64,000 nt of DNA from assembly GCF_009914755.1 (NCBI RefSeq), contig NC_060931.1. One strand, written 5' to 3'. The stretch comes from the human T2T-CHM13v2.0 reference genome, Homo sapiens. A program made the translations under genes and the position numbers. Of this stretch, positions 43,701-58,700 are shown one piece after another (position 1 is the stretch's first letter; each line of letters opens with the position of its first letter). A model generated the notes under the pieces. The model was not told where the DNA came from. It did not search any database and worked only from the letters and a program-made list of their open reading frames with translations.

Positions 43701-46700
43701 CAATGGAGTCCAATGGAATCATCATCAAATGGAATCGAATGGAATCATGTAATGGACACGAATAGAATCATCATCGAATGGAATCAAATGGAATCATCTA
43801 TTGTACACGAATGGAATCATCATTGAATGGAATTGAAAGGAATCATCAAATGGAATCGAATGGAATCTTCATCATATGGAATCGAGTGCAATCAAAGAAT
43901 GGACTTGAATGTAATAATCGGAGAATGGAATCGAATGGAATCATCGAATGGACTCGAATGGAATCATCATCGAATAGAATCAAATAGATTGATCTAATGG
44001 ACACAAATGGAATCATCATCGAATGGAATCGAATGGAATCATCGAATGGACTCAAATGGAATCATCATCAAATGGAATCGAATGGAATCATCAAATGGAC
44101 TCTAATGGAATCATGATCGAATGGAATGGAATGGAATCATCAAATGGATTAGAATGGAATCATCATTGAATGAAATCGAATGGAATCATTGAATGGCATC
44201 AAATGGAATCATCATTGAATGGAATCGAATGGAATGATCTAATGGACTTGAATGTAATCGTCGTTGAATTGAATCAAATGGAAACATCGAATGGACATGA
44301 ATGGAATCATCATCGAATGGATTCAAATGGAATCATCATCAAATGTAATCGAATAGAATCATCATCGAATGGAATCGAATGGAATCATCGAATGGAATAG
44401 AATGGATTCATCTTCGAATGGAATCAAATAGAATCATCGAATGCAATCAAATGGCATCATCATTGAATGGAAACGATTGGAATCATCATCGAATGGAAGT
44501 GAATAGAATCATCATCGAATGTTATTGAAAAGAATCATCATCGAATGGAATGGAATGGAATCATCGAATGGACACCAATGGAACCATCATTGAATGGAAA
44601 CTAATGGAAACTTCGAATGGACTCAAATGGAATCATCATTGATTGCAATCGAATGGAATCATCATCAAATGGAATAGAAAGGAATCATCATGAAATTGAA
44701 TTGAATGGAATCTTCGAATGCAATAGAATTGAATCATCATCGAATGGAATCAAATAGAATCATCGAATGAAATGGAATGGAATCATCATTGAATGGAATC
44801 GAATGAAATCATTATCAAATGGAATCAAACGGAATCATCATCAAATGGAGCCGAATAGAATCATTAACGAATGAAATCAAAAGGAATCATCACTGAAAGG
44901 AATTCAATGGAATCATCAACGAACGGAAACAAATGGAATCATTGAATGGAATAAAATGTAATCATCATCGAATTGAACCCAATGGAATCATTAAATGGAC
45001 TCGAATGGAATCATTGATTCGACTCAAATGGAATCACCATCGAATGGAATAGAATGGAATCATCGAATGGAATTGAATAGAATCATCATCGAATGAAATC
45101 AAATGGAATCATCGTATGGACACGAATGAAATCATCATCGAATGGAATTGAATGGAATCATCGAATGGACTCGAATGGAATCATCATCGAATGGAAACAA
45201 ACAGAATCATCATCAAATGGAATTGAACAGAATCATCATCAAATGGAATCAAATGGAGTCATCGAATGGAATAGAAGGGAATCATCATCGAATGGAATCA
45301 AATAGAATCATCTAATGAAATCAAATGGAATCATCATCGAATGGAATCAAATAGAATCATCATCGAATGAAATTGAATGGAATCATCATTGAGTGGAATT
45401 GAATGGAATTGTCAACAAACATAATCGAATGGAATCATCGAATGGAACCAAATGGAAACATCATCAAATGGAACCGAATGAATCATCATCAAATGGAACC
45501 CAGCGAAGTCATCATCGAATGGAATTGAATGGAATCATAATCGAATCAAATCAAATGGAATCATAATTGAATGGAATCGAATGGAATCACCGAATTGAAT
45601 AGAATGGAATGATAATTGAATGGAATCAAAGAGAATCATCAAATGAGATCGAACAGAATCATCGAAGGGAGTCGAAAGGAATCATCAAATGGATTTGAAT
45701 GGAGTAATCATTGAAAGGAATTAATGGGATCATCGAATGGACTCGAATGGAATCATCATCAAATGGAATCCAATGGAATCACTGAATTGAATCAAATGGA
45801 ATGATCATCGAATGGAATCAAAGGGAATCATGCAAAGGGATTGAATGGAGTCATCGAATGGAATCAAGGGGAATCCTCGAATGGCCTCGAATGGAATCAT
45901 CATCAAATGGAATCGAGTGGAATCATCGAAGGGATTTGAATGGAATCATCATCAAATGGAATTAAATGGAATCATAGAATAGACACGAATGGAATCATCA
46001 TTGAAACATTTAATGGCATCAAATGGAATCATCATCAAATGGAATCTAATGGAATAATCGAATGGACTCGAATGGAATCATCGAAAGGAATCGAGCAGAA
46101 TCATTATCGAATGGAATCAAATGGAATCATTGAATGGACTCGAATGGAATCATCATTGAATGAAATCAAAAGGAATCATAGAATGGCATCAAATGGAATC
46201 ATCATCGAATGGAATCGAATGGAATGATCTAATGGACACGAATGGAATCGTCGTTGAATGGAATCAAATGGAAACATCGAATGGACACGAATGGAATCAT
46301 CATCGAATGTAAACGAATGGAATCATCATCAAATGTAATCGAATAGAATCATCATTGAATGGAATCGAATGGAATCATCGAATGGAATAGAATGGACTCA
46401 TCTTCGAATGGAATCAAATAGAATGATCGAATGTAATCAAACGGAATAATCATTAAATGGAAACGAATGGAATCATCCTCGAATGGAATTGAATAGAATC
46501 ATCATCGAATGGAATGGAATGGAATCATCGAATGGACACCAATGGAACCATCATCGAATGGAATAGAACTTAATATTCGAATGGACACAAATGGAATCAT
46601 CATCGATTGCAATCGAATGGAATCATCATCGAATGGAATCGAATGGAATCAACCTCGAATGGAATTGAATGGAATACTCGAATGCAATAGAATCAAATTA

Positions 46701-49700
46701 TCACCGAATGGAATCGAATAGAATAATTGAATGAAATGGAATTGAATCATCATTGAATGGAATCGAATGAAGTCATCATCAAATGGAATCAAATGGAATC
46801 ATCATCGAATGGAAATGAATGGAATCATCAACGAATGAAATCTAATGGAATCATCAATGAATGGAAACAAATGGAATCATCTAATGGAATAAAATGTAAT
46901 CATCATCGAATTGAACCCAATGGAATCATTAAATGGACTCGAATGGAATCATCGATTTGACTCAAATAAAATCATCATCGAATGGAATAGAATGGAATCA
47001 TCAAATGTAGTTGAATAGAATCATCATCGAATGAAATAAAATGGAATCATCGAATGGACTCAAATGGAATCATCATCAAATGGAATTGAATGGAATCATC
47101 GAATGGACTCAAATGGAATCATCATTGAATGGAATTGAATAGAATCATCATCAAATGGAATGGAATAGAATCATCATCACATGGAATCGAATGGATTCGT
47201 CGAATGGAATAGAAGGGAATCATCATAGAATGGAATCAAATAGAATCATCGAATGAAATCAAATGGAATCATCATTGAATGGAATCGAATGGAATCATCA
47301 TCAAATGGAATCAAATGGAATCATCATCGAATGGAATCAAATGGAATCATCAATGAATGGAATCGAATGGAGTCACCAAATGGAGTCTTTTGGAATCATC
47401 ATCGAATGGAACTGAATGCAGTCATCATAGAATGAAATCGAATGGAATCACCGACTGGACACGAATGGAATCATCTTTAAATAGAATAGAATGGAATCAT
47501 CAAACGGACTCGAATGGAATATCATCAAACGGAATCAAAAGCATCATCGAATGGACTCAAATAGAATTATGGAATGGACTCGAATGGAATAATTGAATGG
47601 AATCATCACCAAATGGACTAAAATGGAATGATCAAATAGACTCAAAATGAATGATCAAATGGACTCTAATGGAATCATGGATTGGACCCAAATAGAATTA
47701 TTGAATGGGCTGGAATGGAATCATCGAATGGACTCGAATGGAATCATTTTTGAATGGAATCAAATGGAATCATCAAATGGTATCAAATGGAATCATCGAA
47801 TGGAATTGATCAGAGTCATCATCAAATGGAATCAAATGTAACCATTGAATGGAATCAAATGCAGTCATTACCAAATAACCTCAAATGTAATCATCATTGA
47901 ATGGAATCAAATGGAATCATCAAATGGCATCGAATGGAATCATCATCAAATGGAATCTAATGAAATAATTGAATGGACTCGAATGGAATCATTGAATGGA
48001 GTCAAATGGAATCATCATCGAATGAAATCGAATGGAATCATTGAATAGCATCGAATGGAATCATCATCGAATGGAATTGAAAGGAATCATCAAATGGACT
48101 TGAATGAAATCATTGAATGGATTCGAATGGAATCATCATCAAATGGAATCAAATGGAATAATAGAATCGACACAAATGGTATCATCGTCAAATGGAATCA
48201 AATGGAATCAATGAAAGGAATCGAATGGAATAATCATTGAATGTTATCAAATGGGATCATCATTGAATGGAATTGAAAGTAATCATCTAATGGAAACGAA
48301 TGCAATCATCAACGAATGAAATCAAATGGAGAAATCGAATGGACTCGAAAGGAATCATTGATTGGCCTCAAATGGAATTGTCAAATGGGCTCAAATGGAA
48401 TCATCGAATGGACACGAATGGAATCAATATCGAATGGAGTAAAATGGAATCATCGAATGGAATCGAATGGAATCATTGTCTAATGGAATTCAATGGAATC
48501 ATCATCGAATGGAATCGATTGGAATCATTTTCGAATAGAATTGAATGGAATCATCGAATGGAATCGAATGGAATCATCGAATGGAATCGAATATAATCAT
48601 CATAGAATTGATTCGAATGGAATCATTGAATATACTCGAATGGAATAATCATTGAATGGAAAAGAATGGAATCATCAAGTGGACAAGAACTGAATCATCA
48701 TTGAATGGAATGGAATGGAATCATCAAACTGAATCGAATGGAATCATCATCAAAAGGAATTAAATGGAATCATCAAATGGAATCGAATGGAATCATCAAT
48801 GAATGGAATGGAATGGTATCATGGAATGGAACTGAATGGAATCATCTTTGAGTGGAATCTAAAGGAATCACTGAATGGACTCCAATCATCGGATGAAATC
48901 GATTGGAATCATCAAATTTAGTCGAATGGAATCATCATCGAATGGACTCGAATGCAATCATCATCAAGTGGAATCGAATAGAATCATTGAATGGAATCGA
49001 AAGGAATCATCGAATGGACTCGAATGGAATAATCATTGAATGGAATCGAAAGGAATCATCATGGAATGGAATCGAATGGAATAATCATCGAATGGAATCG
49101 AATGGAATCATCATGGAATGGAATGGAAAGGAATTGTCGAATGGACTCGAATGGAATCATGCTCGAAAGGGATCGAATGGAATCATCAAATGGACTCAAA
49201 TGGAATCATCACCAAATGAAATCGTATGGAATCATCTAATGCAACTGAATGGAATCATTGAATGGACTCGAATAGAATTGATTGGAATCATTGAAGGCAC
49301 TCGAAAGGAATCATTGAATGGACTTGAAAGGAATCATCATCAAGTGGAATCGAATGGAATCATTGAATGGACTCGAATTGAATCTTTGAATGGACTCGAA
49401 TGGAATCATCATTGAATCGAACCTAATGCAATCATCGAATGGCCTCGAATGGAGTCCTCATCGAATGGAATAGAAAGGAGTCACCAAATGGACTCCAATG
49501 GAATCATCGACTGGCCTCGAATTGAATCATCATCGAATGCAATCGAATGGAATCATTGAATGGACTCGAATTGAATCATCGAATGAACTCAAAAGGAATC
49601 GTCACCGAGTGGAATCAAGTGAAATCATCAAATGGACTCGAATGCAATCATCGAATGGCCTCGAATGGAATCATCATTGAATAGAATTGAATGGAATCAT

Positions 49701-52700
49701 TGAAAGGAATCGAATGGAATCATCGTCATATGGAATTAAAAGGAATAATCGAATGGACTCGAATGGAATCATCGAATGGCCTCAAATGGAATAATCATCA
49801 AACCGAAACGAATGGAATCATTGATTGGACCCGAATGGAATCATCATCTAATGGAATTGAATGTAATAATCGAAAGGAGTCGAATGGAATCGTCATCAAA
49901 TGGAATCGAATGGAATCATTGAATGGAATCTAATGGAATTATCATTGAATGGAATCGCATGAAGTCATCGAATGGCATCAAACGGAATCATCATTGATAA
50001 GAATCAAATGGAATCACCTAATGGACAAGAATGGAATAACTATCAAATGTAATCAAATGGAGTCATCAAATACAATCGAATGGAATCATCATAGAATGGA
50101 ATAGAATGTAATCATAATCAAATGGAATCGAAAGGAATCATTGAATGCACTCGAAAGGAAACACCGAATGGATTCAAAAGGAATCATCATCATGTGGAAT
50201 CGAGTGGAATCATCGAATGGACTCGAATTGAATCTTTGAATGAACTCAAATGGAATCATCATCGAGTGGAATCTAATGGAATCATTGAATGGACTCGAAT
50301 GGAGTCCTCATCGAATGGAATCGAATGGAATCATCGAATGGACACAAATCGAATCATCAAATGGACTCAAAAGGAATCATCATCGAGTGGAATCGAATGA
50401 AATCATCAAACGGACTCGAATGCAATCATTGAATGGCCTCGAATGGAATCATTATCAAATAGAATCAAATGAAATCATCAAATGGACATGAATGGAATCA
50501 TCATCGAATGGAATTGAGTGGAATCATTGAATGGAATCGAATGGAATCATCATCAAATGGAATCAAAAGGAATAATCGAATGGACTTGAATGGAATCATC
50601 GAATGGACTCAAATGGAATCATCTTCGAACCGAATTGAATGGAATCATTAAATGGACCCGAATGGAATCACCATCGAATGGAATTGAATGGAATCATTGT
50701 ATGGGCTCGAATGGAATCATCATCAAATGGAATCGAAAGGATTCACGGAATGGAATCGAAAGGAATCATCATCGAATGGAATGGCATGGAATCATTGAAT
50801 GGCATCAAACATAATCATCACTGAAAAGAATCGAATGGAATCATCCAATGGACACGAATGGAATCCTTATCAAAAGGAATTAAATGGAGACATCGAGTGG
50901 AATCGAATGCAATCGTCACGGAATGGAATCGAATGGAATCATCATCGAATGGAATCGAATGGAAACATCGAATGGAATTGAATTGAACCATCGAATGGAA
51001 TCGAATGGAATCATCATCAAATGGAGTCGAATGGAATCATCATCTAATGGAGTCGAATGGAATCATCATGGAATGGAATCGAATGGAATCATCTTTGAAT
51101 GGAGTTGAATGGAACCATCATCACAGTGAATCTAATCGAATCATCAATGAAGGGAATTGAATGGAATCATCATCGAATGGAATCTAATGGAATCACCATC
51201 GAATGGAATGTTATGGAATCATAAATGGACTCGAATGGAATCATTGATTGGAATCGAATGGAAGCATCATCGAATGAAATAAAATGGAATAATAGAATGG
51301 ACTCGAATAGAATGATCATTGAATGGAATCGAATGAAATCATGGAACACACTCAAATGTAATCATCGAATGGACTCAAATGGAATCAATGTCGAGTGGAA
51401 TCAAAAGGAAACATCGAATGGACTTGAATGGAATCATCGAATGGACTCGAATGGAATCATCATTGAATGGAATCGAATGGAATCATCAAATGGACACGAA
51501 TGGAATCATCGTCGAATGGAATCAAGTGGAAGCATCGAATGGAATTGAATGGAATCATCATTGGATGGAATCGAATGGAATCATCAATGAATGTAATCGA
51601 ATGGAGTCATCGAATGGAGTCCGTTCGAATCATTATCGAATGGAACCGAATGCAGTCATCATCGAATGGAATCAGATGGAATTATTGAATGGACTCGAAT
51701 GGAATCATCATCAAATGGAATCGAAATGAATCATCGAATAGACAAGAAAACAATCAACGAATGGACTCGAATGGAATTGTCATCGAATGGAATAAAAATG
51801 AAACATCGAGTGGAATCAAAAGAATTATCAGCGAGTGGAATCGAATAGAATCATCGAACGGACACGAATGGAATCATCATCAAATGGAATCGAATGGAAA
51901 CATCTAATGGCATCGCATAGAAGCATCATCGAATGGAATCGAATGGACTCCTTGAATGGCCTTGAATGGAATCATCATCTTTGGAATTGAATGAAATCAT
52001 TGAATGGAATTGAAAGGAATGATCATTGAATGATATCAAGTGGAATCCTCGAATGTAATCAAATGGAATCATCAAATGGAATTGAAAAGAATCATCATCG
52101 AATGGAATCAAAAGGAATCATCAAATGGAATCGAAGGAAATCATCGTCAAATGGAATCAAAGGGAATCATCGAATGAAATCGAAGGGAATCATTGTCAAG
52201 TGGAATCGAGTGGAATCATCGAATGGAATCAAACGGAATCATTGTCGAATGGCATGGAATGGAATCAATGAATGGAATTGAATGGAATCAACAAGGAATT
52301 GAAAGGAATAGAATCATCATCGAATGGAATCAAGTGGAATCATCGAATGCACTCGAAAGGAATCATTATCAAATGGAATCATGTGAAATCATCTAATGAG
52401 CACGAATAGAATCATCATCGAATGGAATCGAATGGAACCGTCCAATGTACTCGAATTGAATCGTCCTTGAATGGAATAGAATGGAATCATCGAATGGAAT
52501 TGAATGGAATCAACATCATATGGAATGGAGTGGAATCATCGAATGGACTTGAATGTAATCATTGGAGAATGGAAGCAAACGGAATCATCAAATGGACTCG
52601 AATGGAATCATCAACGAATGAAATCGAATGTAATCATCAAATGGACTCGAATGGAATAATCATCAAATATCAAAAGCAATCATCAAATGGATTCGAATAG

Positions 52701-55700
52701 AACGATCGAATGGATTCGAATGGAATCATCACAGAATGGAATCATATGGAATCATCGAATGGACTCAAATGAAATCATCATCGAATGGAATTGAATGGAA
52801 TCATCGAATGGAATTGAATGGAATAATCATCGAATGGAATCAAATGGAATCACTGAATGGACTCGAATGGAATCATCATCAAATGCAATCAAACGGAATC
52901 CTCTAATGCACTCAAAAGGAATCATCATCGAATGAAATCGAATGGAATCACTGAATGGACACGAACGGAATCATCATTGAATGGAATCAAATGGAATCAT
53001 AAAATGGAATCGAAGGCAATCATCATCAAACGGAATCATAGGGAATCATAGAATGGAATTGAAGGCAATCATTGTCAAGTGGAATCGAGTGGAATCATCG
53101 AATGGAATCGAATGGAATCATTGTCGAATGGCATAGAATTTCATCAATGAATGTAATTGAATGGAATCACCAATGAATTGAATGAAATGGAATCATCATT
53201 GAATGGAATCAAATGGAATGAACGAATGCCCTTGAATGGAATCATTATCAAAGGGAATCATGTGAAATCATCTAATGGGCACGAATAGAATCATAATCGA
53301 ATGGAATTGAATGGAATCATCTAATGTACTCGAATGGAATCGTCATTGAATGGAATAGAATGGAATCATCGAATGGAATTGAAAAGAATATACATCATAT
53401 TGAATCGAGTGGAATCATCGAATGGACTCCAATGTAATCATCGGATAATGGAAGCAATTGGTATCATCAAATGGACTCGAATGGAATCATTATTGAATGG
53501 AATCGAATGGAATCATCGAATCGACTCGAATGGAATAATCATCAAATATCAAAAGCAATCATCAAATGGATTCGAATAGAATCATCGAATGGATTAGAAT
53601 GTAATAATCATCAAATGGAATCAAATGGATTCATCAAATAGACTGGAATGAAATCAGCATGGAATGGAATCAAATGGAATCATCGAATGGACTCGAATGA
53701 AATCATCATCAAATGGAATTGAATGTAATCATCGAATGGAATCGAATGGAATCACTGAATGGACTTGAATGGAATAATCATCAAATGGAATAGAATGGAA
53801 TAATCTAATGCACTCAAAAGGAATCATCATCGAATGAAATCGAATGGAATCACCAAATGGACAAGAATGGAATCATCATCAAATAGAATCGAATGGTATC
53901 ATCAAATGGAATAGAATGCAGTCATTATTGAATGGAATCGAATGGAATCATCATTGAATAGAATCAAACGGAATCATCAAATGGAATCGAATGGAATCAT
54001 TGAATGGAGTCAAATTGAATGATCGAATGGAATTGAATAGAATCAGCATCAAACGAAATCGACTGGAATCATCATCGAATAGAATCGAATGGAATCATTG
54101 AATGGAATCTTCATCAAATGGAGTCCAAAGAAATCATCAAATGGACTCGAATGGAATTATCACAGAATGGAATTGAATGGAATCATCGAATGGAATCATC
54201 ATCAAATGGAATCGAATGGTATCATCAAATGCACTCGAATGGAATCATCAACGAATGGTATCGAATGGTATCATCGAATGGACTCGAATGGAAAAATCTT
54301 CAATTGGCATAGAAAGGAATCACTGAATGAACTCGAATGGAATAATCTTCGAAAGGAATCGAATGGAATCATCATCGAATGGAATCGAAGGGAATCATCG
54401 AATGGAATCGAATGGAATTTTCATCAAAAGGGATCGAATGGAATCATCATGGAATAGAATTGGATGGGATCATTGAAAGAAAGAGAAAGAAATCACCATC
54501 AAAAAAATCGAAATAAAACAAAGAATGGAATCCAACAGAATCATCGAATGGAATGAAATGGAATCATCATAGAATGGATTCGAATGGAGTCATTATAAAA
54601 TGGAATCGAATGGAATCATTTAACGGACTCGAAAGGAACAATTGGACTCGAATGGGATCATCGAATGGAATTGAATGGAATCATCATGGAATGAAATAAA
54701 ATGGAATCATCGAATGGACTCGAATGGAATCATCATCGAATGGAATCAAATAACATCATGGAATGCACTTGAATGGAATCATCGAATGGAATCATAATCG
54801 AATGGAATCGAAAGGAATCATCGAATGGAGCCAAATGGAATCATCATTGAATGGAATCAAAAGGAATCAATGAATGGAATTGAATGGAATCATCTTTGAA
54901 TAGAATCGAATGGAGTAATCATGGAATGGAGTCGAATGGAATCATCATTGAATGGAATCGAATGGAAACATCATTGAATGGGATCGAATGGAATCATCAA
55001 TGAATGGAATTGAATGGAAACATCATCGAATGGAATCCAATGGAATCATCAATGAATGGAATCGAAAGGAGTCATCAAATGGAGTCCTTTGGGTTCATCA
55101 TCGAATGGAACCAAATACATTCATCATCGAATGAAATCAAATGGAATCATCGAATGGACTCGATGGAATCATCATTGCATGGAATCAAATGGAATCGAAT
55201 GGACTTGAATACAATCATCGAATGGACTCGAATGGAATCATCATCAAATGGAATTGAAAGGAATTATCAAATGGACTCTAATTGAAGTATCATCGAGTGA
55301 AATCGAATGGAATCATTGAATGCACTTGAATAGAATCACCATCGAATGGAACCGAATGGAATCAATGAATGGAATTGAGTGGAATCACAATTGAATGGAA
55401 TTAAATGGAATCGTCATTGAATGGAAACAAATGGAATCATCATCAAATGGAATCTAATGGAATCATCATATAATGGAAACGAATGGAATCATCAACGAAT
55501 GGAATCAAATGAAGAAATAGAATGGAATCCGTTGGAATCATCATCAAATGGAACCGAATGCAGTCATCATCGAATGGAATCTAATGGAATCATCAAATGG
55601 GTTAAAATGGAATCATCATCGAATGGAATTGAATGGAATCATCAAATGGCCTCGAATGGAATGACCATCAAATGGAATAGAATGGAAACATCGAATATAC

Positions 55701-58700
55701 ACGAATGGAATCATCATTTAAAGGATTCAAATGAAATCATCGAATGACATCGAATGGAATAATCTTCGAATGGAATCTAATGAAATCATCGAATGGACTC
55801 TAATGAAATCATCAAATGGACTTGAGTGGAATCATCATCGAATGGAATCGAATGGAATCATCAAATGGACTCGAATGGAATCATCATCAAATGGAATTGA
55901 AAATGATCATAATCAAATGGAATCAAATGGAATCATCATCTACAGGATTCGATTGGAAGAATCATTGAATAGAATCGAATGGAATCACCGAATTTAATCA
56001 AATGGAATGATCATGAAATGGATTCGAAGGGAATCATCCAATGGGATTGAACGAGGTCATTGAATGGAATCGAGTGAAATCATCGAATGGATTCAAATGG
56101 AATCATGATTGAATGGAATCGAATGGAATCATTGAATAGACTCGAATGGAATCATCATTGAATGGAATTGAATGGAATCATCGAAGGGACACGAATGCAA
56201 TCATCATTGAATGGACTCGAATGGAATTATCATCAAATGGAATTGAAAGGAATCAAACGGATTTGAATGGAATCACTGAATGTTCTCGAATGGCATCATC
56301 ATCGAATGGAAACGAATGGAATAATTGAATGGACAAAAATGGAATCAACATCGAATGGAATCAAATGGAAGCATCGAATGGAATTGAATGGAGTCATCAT
56401 TGAATGTAATGGAAAGGAATCGTCATCGAATAGAATCGAATAGTATCATCAAATGGAATAGAATGGAGTCATTATTGAATGGAATCGAATGGAATCATCA
56501 TTGAATAGAATCAAACGGAATCATCAAATGGAATCGAATGGAATCATTGAATGGAGTCAAATTGAATGATCGAATGGAATTGAATAGAATCAGCATCAAA
56601 CGAAAACGACTGGAATCATCATCGAATAGAATCGAATGGAATCATTGAATGGAATCTTCATCAAATGGAGTCCAAAGAAATCATCAAATGGACTCGAATG
56701 GAATTATCACAGAATGGAATTGAATGGAATCATCGAATGGAATCATCATCAAATGGAATCGAATGGTATCATCAAATGCACTCGAATGGAATCATCAACG
56801 AATGGTATCGAATGGTATCATCGAATGGACTCGAATGGAAAAATCTTCAATTGGCATAGAAAGGAATCACTGAATGAACTCGAATGGAATAATCTTCGAA
56901 AGGAATCGAATGGAATCATCATCGAATGGAATCGAAGGGAATCATCGAATGGAATCGAATGGAATTTTCATCAAAAGGGATCGAATGGAATCATCATGGA
57001 ATAGAATTGGATGGGATCATTGAAAGAAAGAGAAAGAAATCACCATCAAAAAAATCAAAATAAAACAAAGAATGGAATCCAACAGAATCATCGAATGGAA
57101 TCTAATGGAATCATCATGTAATAGAATCGAATGGAATCATCAACGAATGGAATCAAATGGAGAAATCGAATGGAATCCTTTGGAATCATCATGAATGGAA
57201 TCGAATATAGTCGTCATCTAATGGAATCTAATGAAATCATCATCAAATGTAATTGAATGGAATCATCAGCAAATGGAATAGAAAGGAATCATTATGGAAT
57301 AGAATCGAATGTAATCATCAAATGGAATGGAATGGAATCATCAAGGAAAGAAATCGAAGGGAATCATCGAATGGAATTGAACAGAATCATTTAATGGAAT
57401 CCAATGGAATAATCATCGAATGGACTCGAATGGGACTATCATTGAATGGAATGGAATGGAATCATCGAATGGACATGAATCATCATCAAATGGAATCAGA
57501 TGGAATCAACGAAGGAACTCAAAAAGAATCATTGAATGGAAACGAATGGAATCATTATTGAATGGAATTGAATGGAATCATCGAATGGACTCGACTGAAA
57601 TCATCATTGAATGGAATCGAATGTGATCATCATCAAAAGAAATCCAATGGAATCACTGAATGGACTCGAATATAGTGACCAAATGGACGCGAATGGAATC
57701 ATCAGATGGAATTGAATGGAATCACTGAATGGACTCGAATGGAGTCATTGAATGGACTCTAATGGAATCATCATCAAGTGGAATCGAATGGAATCATCAA
57801 ATGGACTTGAATGGAATCATTGAATGGACTCGAATGAAATCATCAAATGGACTCGAATAGAATCATAATCGGATGGAATCATATGGAATCCTCGAATAGA
57901 ATCAAATGGAATCATTAAATGGAATCGAACGGTATCATCAACGAATGGAATTGAATGGAATCATTGAATGGAATCGATGGCAATCATCATCTAATGGAAT
58001 CAAGAGGAATCATTGAATGAAATAGAAGGGAATCATCATCAAGTGGAATCGAGTGGAATCTTCGAATGGAATCGAATGGAATCATTGTTGAATGGAATCG
58101 AATGGAATCAGTGTATTGAATTGAATGGAATCACCAATGAATGGAATCGAATGGAATCATCATCAAATGGAATCGAATGGAATCTTCGAATAAACTAGAA
58201 TGGAATCATCATCGAATGGAATCCTGTGGAATATTCTAATGGGCAAGAATATAATACTCATCGAATGGAATCGAATGGAATCATCTAATGTACTCGAAAG
58301 GAATCATCATTGAATGGAATAGAATGGAATCATCGAATGGAATTGAACAGAATCATCATCGTATGGAATCGAGTAGAATCATCGAAAGGACTCGAATGTA
58401 ACCATCGGAGAATGGAATCAAATGGAATCATCAAATGGATGCGAATGAAATCATCATGGAATGGAATCGAATGGAATCATCATCGAATGGAATCGAATGG
58501 AATAATCATGAAATGGAATCAAAAACAATCATCCTTGAATGGACTCAAATGAAATAATCGGATGTACTCGAAAGGAATCATTGAATGGAATTGAATGGAA
58601 TCTTTGAATGGCCCTGAATGGAATCATCATCGAATAGAATCGAATGGAATAATCATGGGATGGAATCAAGAGCAATCATCCTCCAATGGATTCAAATGAA

